A DNA stretch of 64,000 nucleotides from a virus. The notes under the pieces were generated by a model that saw nothing but the letters and a program-made list of their open reading frames with translations, was not told the origin of the DNA and ran no database searches. Positions 41,624 to 49,790 of this stretch are shown piece after piece. Numbering within the stretch: position 1 is the first letter of the stretch; every line of letters starts with the position of its first letter. Location: the IMG/VR virus record IMGVR_UViG_3300050190_000059, positions 1-64,000 of that record; one strand, written 5' to 3'. Position numbers and translations under genes: made by a program.

Positions 41624-42027
41624 GCGACAAACAGAAGCACAAGAATCCACGCACCAGACAACCGCAAAAGGCATCGGCCCCGCTCACAGCGGAAGAGCAG
41701 GCCAAGATTATCGCCGCCCGGGAACAAGCGGAGAAGGAAGCGAACGAGGAAGCCGCGCGCCTTCAACTCTACGGCAGGTCCGTCGAGAAGATGTCGCACC
41801 GTCAACTCCGTTCCGAACTCGTGAAGACGATTAAGCGTGAAAACGCGGGCCGCCCACCGGAGCCAATCCCGGGTTTAACGGTTGCCTTCGCGTCCGTCCT
41901 GTTGCTGGTGTTGGACAACACGCGCACCAGCCCCGTATTTGACACGGACAAAAACGGCAAGCCGACCCGCGTCGCCCGGTTGGACCAGATTAACCAACTC
42001 GGCAGGCTGCACCCGTACCCGCTATGA
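41620..42027 (+). CDS. hypothetical protein
   Basis: ATGA-coupled. Basic N-terminus. Confidence 0.6.
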   Translation: MSDKQKHKNPRTRQPQKASAPLTAEEQAKIIAAREQAEKEANEEAARLQLYGRSVEKMSHRQLRSELVKTIKRENAGRPPEPIPGLTVAFASVLLLVLDNTRTSPVFDTDKNGKPTRVARLDQINQLGRLHPYPL

Positions 42028-42254
42028 TAATCAAACCGAACTATGAACACCGCAACCTTTCTACGCTGCTCTCGTTCGTGGCGTTCTGTTACAAGAATCC
42101 GAAACTTCGATTCTGGCAGGCATTGGTAGTTTGGGCAAACTACGGCGAGATCGATGCGGTGCCAGTAACGGAGGACACGAAGTACGGACGTACACCAGTG
42201 GAACTGCACATCGACACCTTCTACTGGGAAGGACGCAGCGGCAACAATGTTTGA
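42024..42254 (+). CDS. hypothetical protein
   Basis: 76-aa ORF, ATGA coupling. Confidence 0.6.
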   Translation: MIIKPNYEHRNLSTLLSFVAFCYKNPKLRFWQALVVWANYGEIDAVPVTEDTKYGRTPVELHIDTFYWEGRSGNNV

Positions 42255-42333
42255 ATTCTTGTTTTGCCCCGTTCACGGTATCGTGCCCTTCGTGGTCCGG
42301 TACCTTAGCGCGGTGGACCCGCAACTTTTGTAC

Positions 42334-42362
42334 TTGACATTGAAGTCGTATTATGAGAGGAT
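42334..42362 (+). promoter_or_regulatory. promoter, extended -10 (TGAGAGGAT, identical to the 1335-1343 block)
   Basis: TTGACA (42334-42339), 17 nt, GAGGAT (42357-42362), with TG at 42354-42355. Confidence 0.55.
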
Positions 42363-42368
42363 AACAAA

Positions 42369-42575
42369 ATGAACGGCATAAACGAAAAGAATCACCGCGA
42401 TAAAAAGAACGAGACCAGCGCAGAGAACTTCCGCAAGGAAAAGAGAGCGCGCAACGACGCGCGCGGCAAACAGAAGTGGGTCCCAAGTTCGTTCACGGGA
42501 ACCTTAGAAGAACTCGATAAGTTATCTGACGCAAAGGTACGGGCAATTGTCCCGGCGCACTGGGAGAGATCATGA
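42369..42575 (+). CDS. small basic protein upstream of RtcB (candidate leaderless)
   Basis: 68-aa ORF rich in K/R/N/E. The ATG lies 6 nt after the -10. ATGA-coupled to rtcB. Confidence 0.55.
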   Translation: MNGINEKNHRDKKNETSAENFRKEKRARNDARGKQKWVPSSFTGTLEELDKLSDAKVRAIVPAHWERS

Positions 42576-43903
42576 GTTTACCAAACAAGAAAATGATTCA
42601 GAAGAATTACAACGTGCTCGCGACCGTGGGCGCGCCAATCAAAATGTGGAACAAGCACGTCAAGATCGAAGACAAGGCCATCGAGCAACTACATCAGGTC
42701 GCCGCGATGCCCTTCGTGAAGCCGTGGGTTGCCGCTATGCCAGACACCCACTGGGGCATGGGCGCGACCGTTGGCTCTGTCATCCCTGCGGTGGGCGCTG
42801 TGATGCCTGCGGCGGTCGGAGTGGACATCGGGTGCGGCATGATGGCTGTGCGCACCAACTTAAAGTTTCGAGAGAAAAGTCTTCACGACCAGCGCGACCC
42901 AATGCAGTTCTACTTCGAGGAAATCTCCGCAGCGGTTCCGCACGGTCGCACTAACGACGGCGGAAACGGTGACCGTGGCGCGTGGGGTGAAGTGCCAGAA
43001 GACATTCAGAAGGCTTGGGGACGAGAGTTTACGTCGTACATTTACGGTGAGAACAGAGGTTTATTTGATAGACATCCCGGCGCGTTGTCGAAGAACGCGG
43101 AGAAGCAACTCGGCACACTCGGAACCGGAAACCACTTCATCGAGGTGTGCACCGAGATCGACAATCCCGACTCGAATCTCTGGGTCGTAATTCACTCGGG
43201 TTCACGTGGCTTCGGCAACCGCATCGGTACGTACTTCACGAAGCTAGCAGGCGACCTATGTAAGAAGTGGGGCGTTCAACTTCCGAATCGCGATCTCGGC
43301 TACCTTCCGGTAGGAACTCCTGAATACGACGACTACATGTCTGCCGTGAGGCTGGCGCAGAAGTTCGCTTGGGTCAACCGTGTGGTCATGATGAACCGCG
43401 TGTTGACTGCAATCGGCGCGGAGTCAGACACGGATTGGACACACCACACTGATGTGGAGCCGAATCTCGTCGTTCACAATCCAGTGCCGTCTTTGATTCA
43501 CGTGCACCACAACTACATGACTCAGATTCGTTTCCAGAATCTCGACATCAACCTGACCCGCAAGGGCGCGGTGGACGCGAGCGAGGGCAACTGGGTCATC
43601 ATCCCCGGCTCGATGGGCGCGAAAACGTACATCGGGAAGGGACTCGGGAACAGGGACTCGTTTTTCTCTTGCTCTCACGGCGCGGGCCGCGCGATGAGCC
43701 GAACCCAGGCTCTTAAGATTTTCTCAGTGGAAGACCACACCAAAGCAACGGATGGTGTCTACTGCGATAAAACGACCGCTGTGCTCGACGAAACCCCCGG
43801 GGCTTATAAAGATATTGACCAAGTTATGGAGAGCCAAAGGGACCTTGTTGAGCCTGTGCTCAAGATTCGGCAACTCGTTTGTGTAAAAGGTTTGAGTGAC
43901 TAA
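42572..43903 (+). CDS. rtcB: RtcB 3'-phosphate/5'-hydroxyl RNA ligase
   Basis: MPDTHWGMGATVGS, GVDIGCGM, GTGNHFIE, HSGSRGFG, HHNY, IPGSMGAKTY, CSHGAGR. Confidence 0.9.
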   Translation: MSLPNKKMIQKNYNVLATVGAPIKMWNKHVKIEDKAIEQLHQVAAMPFVKPWVAAMPDTHWGMGATVGSVIPAVGAVMPAAVGVDIGCGMMAVRTNLKFREKSLHDQRDPMQFYFEEISAAVPHGRTNDGGNGDRGAWGEVPEDIQKAWGREFTSYIYGENRGLFDRHPGALSKNAEKQLGTLGTGNHFIEVCTEIDNPDSNLWVVIHSGSRGFGNRIGTYFTKLAGDLCKKWGVQLPNRDLGYLPVGTPEYDDYMSAVRLAQKFAWVNRVVMMNRVLTAIGAESDTDWTHHTDVEPNLVVHNPVPSLIHVHHNYMTQIRFQNLDINLTRKGAVDASEGNWVIIPGSMGAKTYIGKGLGNRDSFFSCSHGAGRAMSRTQALKIFSVEDHTKATDGVYCDKTTAVLDETPGAYKDIDQVMESQRDLVEPVLKIRQLVCVKGLSD

Positions 43904-44202
43904 TGTTGAACGGAGACTGGCGAGTTAACAGATCGTTCACGAGAACGGAAGGCCAAGCCAACGCCAAGATTGCTAACGCGAAGGGCGACGCTGAGTCACA
44001 GTTAATCGTGGCGCGCGCTAAGGCAGAAGCACAGCGTCTGCAAGTTAGCAACATCACACCCGAACTGCTTCAACTTCGCACCATCGAGTTGATGCACGAC
44101 AGATGGGATGGCACGTTCCCGACAACGTTCATGGGTGGGTCTAGTCCAGCGAGTCTGTTGATTCAACCCCCGGCCCACGTAGCGAAGGCAGCGAAAGAGT
44201 AA
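43903..44202 (+). CDS. SPFH/band-7 C-terminal-like fragment protein
   Basis: EGQANAKIANAKGDAESQLIVARAKAEAQRLQ...LQLRTIELM resembles only the C-terminal helical part of HflK/C-prohibitin. Confidence 0.5.
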   Translation: MLNGDWRVNRSFTRTEGQANAKIANAKGDAESQLIVARAKAEAQRLQVSNITPELLQLRTIELMHDRWDGTFPTTFMGGSSPASLLIQPPAHVAKAAKE

Positions 44203-44391
44203 ATGACCAACCGTTACACGGTCGACGGCATCCTCGTGGAGGCCACCAAAAGTATCGGTGGTCTCTTCTACGAGGTGACTGCTGTGAAGACGGGACAGAC
44301 GATACGTGTTCTCGTCAAGGCATTTGAAAGTGTAGCGAAACCAGTACCAGAGATCATGAGTTCGACAGCAGACCCGGAGGCAGCGACATGA
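44203..44391 (+). CDS. hypothetical protein
   Basis: 62-aa ORF directly after the stop. Confidence 0.55.
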   Translation: MTNRYTVDGILVEATKSIGGLFYEVTAVKTGQTIRVLVKAFESVAKPVPEIMSSTADPEAAT

Positions 44392-44480
44392 ATATAACAA
44401 GCACAGACGAGAGACGGATTTGGGCCACTTTTTACATCGTCGCAGTAATCACGGCGTTGATAATGATTATTTCGCGATGA
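44388..44480 (+). CDS. small TM peptide (30 aa)
   Basis: MNITSTDERRIWATFYIVAVITALIMIISR. ATGA coupling at both ends. Confidence 0.3.
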   Translation: MNITSTDERRIWATFYIVAVITALIMIISR

Positions 44481-44779
44481 TAGTCGCATTCCAACCCGGG
44501 GGCAACATACGTGCCGCGCGCGTGGTGCTAAAGCCGGACGAGACGGTTCCAACGCGGTACAACACGCCGGAGGCCATCGTTTACCGAGAGGGCGAAAACG
44601 GCGGCCCTTGGATTTTAGTGAAGCCGCAGTACACGGTTATACCAGCGGATTCCCCGCTACTGTCGCAGCCAGTGCTGCCGGACATCACTCTGCCCGTAGA
44701 GCCAGAGGGTAGCGCATTTGACCATACAGACATCATTCGAATGGATGACGATTATGATAATTCACAAAGAGAGGAATAA
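44477..44779 (+). CDS. hypothetical protein
   Basis: Internal ATG of ORF 44420..44779, coupled to the upstream stop. Confidence 0.55.
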   Translation: MIVAFQPGGNIRAARVVLKPDETVPTRYNTPEAIVYREGENGGPWILVKPQYTVIPADSPLLSQPVLPDITLPVEPEGSAFDHTDIIRMDDDYDNSQREE

Positions 44780-44780
44780 A

Positions 44781-45815
44781 ATGAAAAAGCAATATATCGG
44801 TCTCATCAGAGACCACAGCGCGTCGATGAATCACTTGACGAGCGCAGCAAAAGACGATTACAACAATGTGATCGCCGCAATCAAGGATGCATCATTTAAG
44901 GAAGACATCGACACCATCGTTTCTGTCGTGAAGTGCGGGGCAGGTGGAATCGGCGGGACCGTGGTGCGGGAGTTCGTCAATTCCAGTGTCTCTCGTTTGA
45001 AGCCGCTCCAAAGTTATGTGGCGGACGGCAGTTCCACCCCGCTGTTCGACTCAGTCGGCGAGATCATCGACATCTTGGAGAAGTCCCCAGATGCCTACGA
45101 CTCCGACGTCACCTTCCTTGTGATGGTCGTAACGGACGGCTACGAAAACGGTTCCAAAAAGTGGGATGGCCGTCAGATCGGCGACCGCATCACCCGCTTG
45201 ATGGGTAGCGACCGCTGGACCTTCACCTTCCGCGTGCCTTACGGCTCCAAGGGCAGCTTGACCCGTCTCGGCATTCCTTCCGGCAACATCGAAGAGTGGG
45301 AGCAGAATGAGCGTGACATGGAACGCAGCGGCGTCTTGACCACACAATGTGTCTCGAACTACTTCGGCGGCGTCACTCGTGGCGTATGTTCCACCAACAG
45401 CTTCTACGCAGACATGTCGACCAACGTCTCTTCCGAAGTTCGCGTTTGGCCCGTAACAAAACAAGATCAGAACAAGGGACCGTTAGACCGTAACGGATAT
45501 CGCGTTGCAGAGATCGCTCCCTTCGTTGAGAAAAAGACCGGGACACCCTACCAGCGCGGTTCCGCATTCTACGAACTCGTGAAGACGGAAAAAGCCGTGC
45601 AGGCAACCAAGTTGATCGTGATTCGCTCTCGCAAAGACGGTGCCGTATACGCGGGACAAAGCGCGCGTGACCTACTAAATCTGCCGACCCAAGGCACCAT
45701 CAAATTGTCCCCCGGCGACCACGGCGACTGGGAGATTTTCATCCAGTCGACCAGTTCCAACCGTCACCTGCCAGTAGGCTCGAAGGTGTTGTACTGGAAG
45801 AACGCGGGACGCTAA
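44781..45815 (+). CDS. von Willebrand factor A (vWA) domain protein
   Basis: GLIRDHSASM (DxSxS MIDAS), DGSSTPL and VVTDGYENGS. GAGGAATAAA RBS. Confidence 0.75.
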   Translation: MKKQYIGLIRDHSASMNHLTSAAKDDYNNVIAAIKDASFKEDIDTIVSVVKCGAGGIGGTVVREFVNSSVSRLKPLQSYVADGSSTPLFDSVGEIIDILEKSPDAYDSDVTFLVMVVTDGYENGSKKWDGRQIGDRITRLMGSDRWTFTFRVPYGSKGSLTRLGIPSGNIEEWEQNERDMERSGVLTTQCVSNYFGGVTRGVCSTNSFYADMSTNVSSEVRVWPVTKQDQNKGPLDRNGYRVAEIAPFVEKKTGTPYQRGSAFYELVKTEKAVQATKLIVIRSRKDGAVYAGQSARDLLNLPTQGTIKLSPGDHGDWEIFIQSTSSNRHLPVGSKVLYWKNAGR

Positions 45816-46255
45816 TGCGACTACGAACCAAAATCGGACTGACCATTCTGTCGGCGGTCCTTTGGTTTGCCGGATGCGAGGGGCTGGACCGCGTCCATCC
45901 CCGCGTTTCCAATAAGTCCGACGGCTGCATTACTTCCGTCTCCCAAGCACGACTCCAAGAGTGGTACCAAGACGCGAACAAAGATTACTTCGATGACCAA
46001 CTGCCTCACGACACCTTGATCGTGTGGGAAAATTTGCGATACAAGAAGGCGATGGCCGACACCGTGTGCAACGAGCAAGGCTGCAAAATGCGTTTAGACC
46101 CGTACGTGAACATCGCCCCGGTCACGGCGCAGTTAAGTGAGTATCACGAAATGTGCCACGTCGCGACCCGAGATGTGGACCTTATGCACGGCCCCGAATT
46201 CCAGAAGTGCATCCGAATGCTCTTCGATAAGGGAGCGTTGGACGGACTAATTTAG
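45815..46255 (+). CDS. SprT-like zinc metallopeptidase, predicted lipoprotein
   Basis: Signal peptide and lipobox-like LWFAGC. LQEWYQDANKDYFDDQLP...SEYHEMCHV...HGPEFQ follows the SprT pattern. Confidence 0.65.
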   Translation: MRLRTKIGLTILSAVLWFAGCEGLDRVHPRVSNKSDGCITSVSQARLQEWYQDANKDYFDDQLPHDTLIVWENLRYKKAMADTVCNEQGCKMRLDPYVNIAPVTAQLSEYHEMCHVATRDVDLMHGPEFQKCIRMLFDKGALDGLI

Positions 46256-46264
46256 GAGGATAAC

Positions 46265-46429
46265 ATGCGTGATTTAACGAGGGATTGGCCCACGTGGCGC
46301 GCCCCGGGGTATAAAATGATGAGTATGGACCAAGTTAGGGAAGAGCAGTTGAAACAACAGCGAGACGACGCACGACTTAAGCACTTGCGCGACATCGAGT
46401 TTGTGAACCAGAACGAGAGGGGAAAATAG
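46265..46429 (+). CDS. hypothetical small protein (54 aa)
   Basis: TAGGAGGATAAC RBS. Replaces the antisense ORF 46252..46461. Confidence 0.5.
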   Translation: MRDLTRDWPTWRAPGYKMMSMDQVREEQLKQQRDDARLKHLRDIEFVNQNERGK

Positions 46430-46870
46430 ATGTTGTGTGGTGAGAAATCAGTTCGCCACACATTTCCTTGCGGCTGTTCGGGAACATTATCTATTAATCG
46501 GAGTAAATTTATCGACGTAAGAAATCATCGAGGTGGGAGAAAGTCTGCCCATTGTCGCGTGATGGCAATATTGAGTGCCTCGCAACAAAGAGCCAAAAAG
46601 TATAAATATACTCCAGTCAATCGAGACACGCTACATTCTCTAGTTAGGAAGTTAATGAGAGTCAAAGAGTGCTGGCGTTGCAGACAACCGCTAGAGTGGG
46701 TCTTCGGTCGCGGAAAGACGCCGCACCTCCACCACGACCACGAAACCGGAGAGGTTCATGGTTTCACACACCCAAGCTGCAATCCAAAGGCGTTGCTACA
46801 CGAGATTGATGATTTGAGAAAAGAACTCGCTATTTTAAAAATTTCACTTGACAAGACTCTCCAATCATGA
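46430..46870 (+). CDS. HNH/Endo VII-like endonuclease
   Basis: CWRCRQPL...HLHHDHETGEVHGFTHPSCN. Paralog of 20912..21334. Confidence 0.8.
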   Translation: MLCGEKSVRHTFPCGCSGTLSINRSKFIDVRNHRGGRKSAHCRVMAILSASQQRAKKYKYTPVNRDTLHSLVRKLMRVKECWRCRQPLEWVFGRGKTPHLHHDHETGEVHGFTHPSCNPKALLHEIDDLRKELAILKISLDKTLQS

Positions 46871-46876
46871 GATGCT
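46848..46876 (+). promoter_or_regulatory. promoter, extended -10, embedded in the 3' end of the HNH gene
   Basis: TTGACA (46848-46853), 17 nt, GATGCT (46871-46876), with TG at 46868-46869. Confidence 0.5.
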
Positions 46877-46896
46877 TTGGATACGGAGAAACGCAT

Positions 46897-47769
46897 ATGA
46901 CTTTTCGAGAACAGGCTGAGAAATATATGCTTGAGATCGCTAATCGAAAGGGTGCCCCAGCGAGAGCTACCACCCTTCACGTCTATCGCTCCGTTCTCGA
47001 TGCCCGCGTACTTCCCGCTATCGGCGGGGCAGATATGGCGGCCATTAACAATAAAACCGTCAAGATGCTCGTCGGTCGTCTCGCAGAGGCCCGATTGAGT
47101 CCTGCCACCATATCCTTGACGGTCGCACTTGTGAAACAGATCGTCGCGTCCGCCACGGATGACGAGGGTACCTACCTGTACCCGGTGAAATGGAACCCCA
47201 AGTTTATAGACGCTCCCCGGGTCGACCCAGCCTCCCAGACCACGCCTATTGCCTCGGTTGCTGCCATTACGGCTGCATTACAGACGACATCGGGCGAAGT
47301 TGGGGTATTGGTAGCCTTATTGGCTGGAACGGGCCTACGGGTCGGGGAAGCCCTCGCCTTGAAGGCATCTGACTGGGACCGGGACGCGGGCACCCTCCGA
47401 ATTCACTCCACGATGGTCAAGGGCCAAGTCCAGCCGGACCCGAAAACGAAGGCCGGGAACCGGGTGGTCGACCTAGACCCCTCGCTGAATCGATTCCTTA
47501 GCGCGCTGCTTCCGACCGAGGGCCGCCTGTTTTCATCCCCGGAGCGCACCCTGCACTTCCGCCTTGCGAAGCTGGGCATCCACGGGTTCCACAGTTTGCG
47601 CAGATTTCGCATCACGTATTTGCAAGGCACGGCAATCCCGCCTACGCTGGTGAAGTTCTGGGCGGGTCACGCGGCGGGAGACATCACGGAGCGTTACACA
47701 AAATTCGGAGCACAAATTCAAGAGAGGAAGGTCTGGTCGGAGAAGGCCGGATTAGGGTTCTCGTTGTGA
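46897..47769 (+). CDS. int: tyrosine recombinase / phage integrase
   Basis: TGLRVGEALAL (Arg I), HGFHSLRRF (H-x-x-R), WAGHAAGDITERY (His and catalytic Tyr). GGAG RBS. Confidence 0.85.
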   Translation: MTFREQAEKYMLEIANRKGAPARATTLHVYRSVLDARVLPAIGGADMAAINNKTVKMLVGRLAEARLSPATISLTVALVKQIVASATDDEGTYLYPVKWNPKFIDAPRVDPASQTTPIASVAAITAALQTTSGEVGVLVALLAGTGLRVGEALALKASDWDRDAGTLRIHSTMVKGQVQPDPKTKAGNRVVDLDPSLNRFLSALLPTEGRLFSSPERTLHFRLAKLGIHGFHSLRRFRITYLQGTAIPPTLVKFWAGHAAGDITERYTKFGAQIQERKVWSEKAGLGFSL

Positions 47770-47845
47770 TGTTCCACATCTACAAATGGATTTTCGTCCT
47801 CACTGGGAACCAGTGGGCATGGGACAAGTTACAGGAGAAACGCCG

Positions 47846-48028
47846 ATGACCAATTTACACATTAAGATGATTTTGTTTGGCGTGGTGTTGTTCATGATAT
47901 CCACGATACTGACGGTCGATTTAATAAACCGCCAGTGCCACGGCCAGTGCTTTCAGAAACACGACAAGGGTTGTCAAGCGCGCTGCTTCGACCGGGGCGT
48001 GTGCCCGATGTCTGGGGGAGACCAGTAG
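47846..48028 (+). CDS. TM-anchored Cys-rich small protein
   Basis: MILFGVVLFMISTILTV, then CHGQCFQKHDKGCQARCFDRGVC. AGGAGAAA RBS. Confidence 0.5.
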   Translation: MTNLHIKMILFGVVLFMISTILTVDLINRQCHGQCFQKHDKGCQARCFDRGVCPMSGGDQ

Positions 48029-48216
48029 TGCCCGGTAAGGACATCCCGGCAATCGAGTGGAAGACCTTCTTGGACGCCGACCACGTCGCACACGTCGGCC
48101 CCGCGCTAGAGGGAAGAATGATGGCGGGGCATAAACTAACTCTAGCCTGCGACTGCGGGCCGAAGGTGGACCGGACGCGCTACGCCTTAATCGTTGTGCA
48201 CAACATCATTCACTAG
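48028..48216 (+). CDS. hypothetical protein
   Basis: GTG start overlapping the upstream stop (TAGTG). Lies in ORF 47935..48216. Confidence 0.45.
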   Translation: MPGKDIPAIEWKTFLDADHVAHVGPALEGRMMAGHKLTLACDCGPKVDRTRYALIVVHNIIH

Positions 48217-48225
48217 GAGAACAAT

Positions 48226-48498
48226 ATGAGAGAACACTGGAAGGGACAAGCTGATGGTTTTCACGACGGAGAACCCGTCTGGGACAACGACGGGCACTAC
48301 ACGTGGCCGAGAATCAGGTACGTCGAACCGCTGGAATTCACGGCGGAACTTATCGTTAAAATCTTCGACAAGGATGGGAACTGGATTGGGACTCACGAGC
48401 GGCGGGTTATGACAAAAGAAGAATTTATGAAGATGTATCCGGACTTTAGACAAAGTGAGAGCGAAAAGTATCAGGACGAGTTGGAGCCCCTACCGTAA
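48226..48498 (+). CDS. hypothetical protein
   Basis: 90-aa ORF. TAGGAGAA RBS. The 3' end overlaps a convergent gene by 9 nt. Confidence 0.65.
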   Translation: MREHWKGQADGFHDGEPVWDNDGHYTWPRIRYVEPLEFTAELIVKIFDKDGNWIGTHERRVMTKEEFMKMYPDFRQSESEKYQDELEPLP

Positions 48499-49275
48499 GG
48501 GCGCGTACGGTTCGAAATCCTTGGCGTACTGATCTCGGTTCGAAGTCGTAGCCATAATCTCCCTCGCGCGCTGTATCCTCGTTCCTAAATCCAATCCGTA
48601 GTTCTTGTAAATATCCAAACTGTCGTAAGCCCGGAAACCGATGTGCGCGCAAACCGGAGCCTTCGGGTACACGGGCAGCCAGTTATTTTGGCGCATCGTA
48701 TTCCGAACGAGACCATCATCAAGTTGGGTGATTTCGTGCCATGCCCCGAACGTACGGTCTAGATATCCACGCATGTCTTGAAAGTAGGCGTCGCAAATAT
48801 GCGGCACCAATGCGTCAAGTAGGGGGCGTTTCAAACACGCGCCCGGATTTGTGTAAAGGTGTCGGAACTTCCACCGACCGTCGTGGTGGTATCTACCGCA
48901 ACTGGCAACCGCAGTTTGGCTGCGATGCCAAGAAAAATAATAGGGATAGCAGAGTACATCTTCCTCCAATAAATAAACAGCCGATGCCCCTGTTTTATAT
49001 CCGGATTTAATGGCGTGCAAAATATTCCAACTGCCAGAGGGGGCTTTGACGTGAGGTCGGGCGTGGAAAATTTGCGCTCTAGGAAGGTACGCATCTCGAA
49101 CCCAGCCCACTTCGGCCACCCGCTGCTCCGAAGATGTATCCAGAAAAATTCGAACGTCATCAGGAGCATCAACAATTTGTCCTAGTTTTTCAAGTGTCAA
49201 CGCCAGCAGTTCTGGGCGAGCAAAAGTTGGTATAACAACGACCTCGTTCAGTGACGTTTTCCGTGTAGTGGACAT
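48490..49275 (-). CDS. GT-A fold glycosyltransferase-like protein
   Basis: VVVIPTFARPELLALTLEKL...IFLDTSS...YLLEEDV. AAGGAA RBS. Confidence 0.6.
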   Translation of the reverse strand: MSTTRKTSLNEVVVIPTFARPELLALTLEKLGQIVDAPDDVRIFLDTSSEQRVAEVGWVRDAYLPRAQIFHARPHVKAPSGSWNILHAIKSGYKTGASAVYLLEEDVLCYPYYFSWHRSQTAVASCGRYHHDGRWKFRHLYTNPGACLKRPLLDALVPHICDAYFQDMRGYLDRTFGAWHEITQLDDGLVRNTMRQNNWLPVYPKAPVCAHIGFRAYDSLDIYKNYGLDLGTRIQRAREIMATTSNRDQYAKDFEPYAPLR

Positions 49276-49712
49276 TTTTCCTTGGTTCCTTTACCACCCG
49301 GCCCGTTGCAATTATTACAAAGAACTTGATATCCCTTCGGGTAGTTATTTTTCTTGAGGAAATTAAAAAGTGCACAACTGCTGAGTCTGCGACCGTTCTT
49401 CCCTAGATGGCTGTGACCGTCGCCTTTGATGTGGTCTAATTGTAAAAAGCCAAAATACGTGGTTCGACAACCTGAACACATGCATCGCAATTTGCCTTTA
49501 CTGTAGTACATGAGCACATCTAAACGCAATTTTGCGGCGGCCTTTCGGGTCGATTCACAAAGGAGTTTTCTATCTTCGGGATTCTTCCAACGCTCTCGCA
49601 TTCGTAAACGTCCGTATTCTCTGCTACGGTAGAGAACGCAATCGTCACAATACTTTTTACCGTTGTGATAACTCTTCTTAAACGATTTTCCGCATCTGAG
49701 ACATTTCATCAT
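49248..49712 (-). CDS. HNH endonuclease
   Basis: CLRCGK..CDDC.., LQLDHIKGDGH...VLCNNCN. Confidence 0.8.
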   Translation of the reverse strand: MMKCLRCGKSFKKSYHNGKKYCDDCVLYRSREYGRLRMRERWKNPEDRKLLCESTRKAAAKLRLDVLMYYSKGKLRCMCSGCRTTYFGFLQLDHIKGDGHSHLGKNGRRLSSCALFNFLKKNNYPKGYQVLCNNCNGPGGKGTKEKCPLHGKRH

Positions 49713-49737
49713 TTTCCTTTCTCCAGAATAGAAAGTA

Positions 49738-49766
49738 GGCCGGGAATGATTCTGGCACCCCCGGCC
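49738..49766 (-). terminator. candidate hairpin (weak terminator/attenuator) between two minus-strand genes
   Basis: 7-bp GC stem 49738-49744/49760-49766 with a 15-nt loop. The downstream tract (minus strand) TACTTTCTATTCT is only moderately U-rich. Confidence 0.25.
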
Positions 49767-49790
49767 CGTTGTTTCGAAACAAAGTCGATG

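Noticed and set aside
46252-46461. 69-aa minus-strand ORF
   Set aside because: The + strand 46265..46429 ORF has a TAGGAGGA RBS and abuts the next gene. The minus ORF would be a lone antisense gene.
47801-47815. Inverted repeat CACTGG-GAA-CCAGTG as attP core or terminator
   Set aside because: It has only 6-bp arms, no U-tract and no supporting repeats or tRNA homology. It is insufficient to call and is mentioned only in the integrase finding.
49293-49775. Repeated CACCC(CC)GGCCCGTTG at about 49293 and 49757
   Set aside because: One copy lies in the HNH coding sequence (encoding NGPGG on the minus strand), and the other forms one arm (49760-49766) of the intergenic hairpin. This is most simply coincidence between two ~14-nt GC-rich strings.
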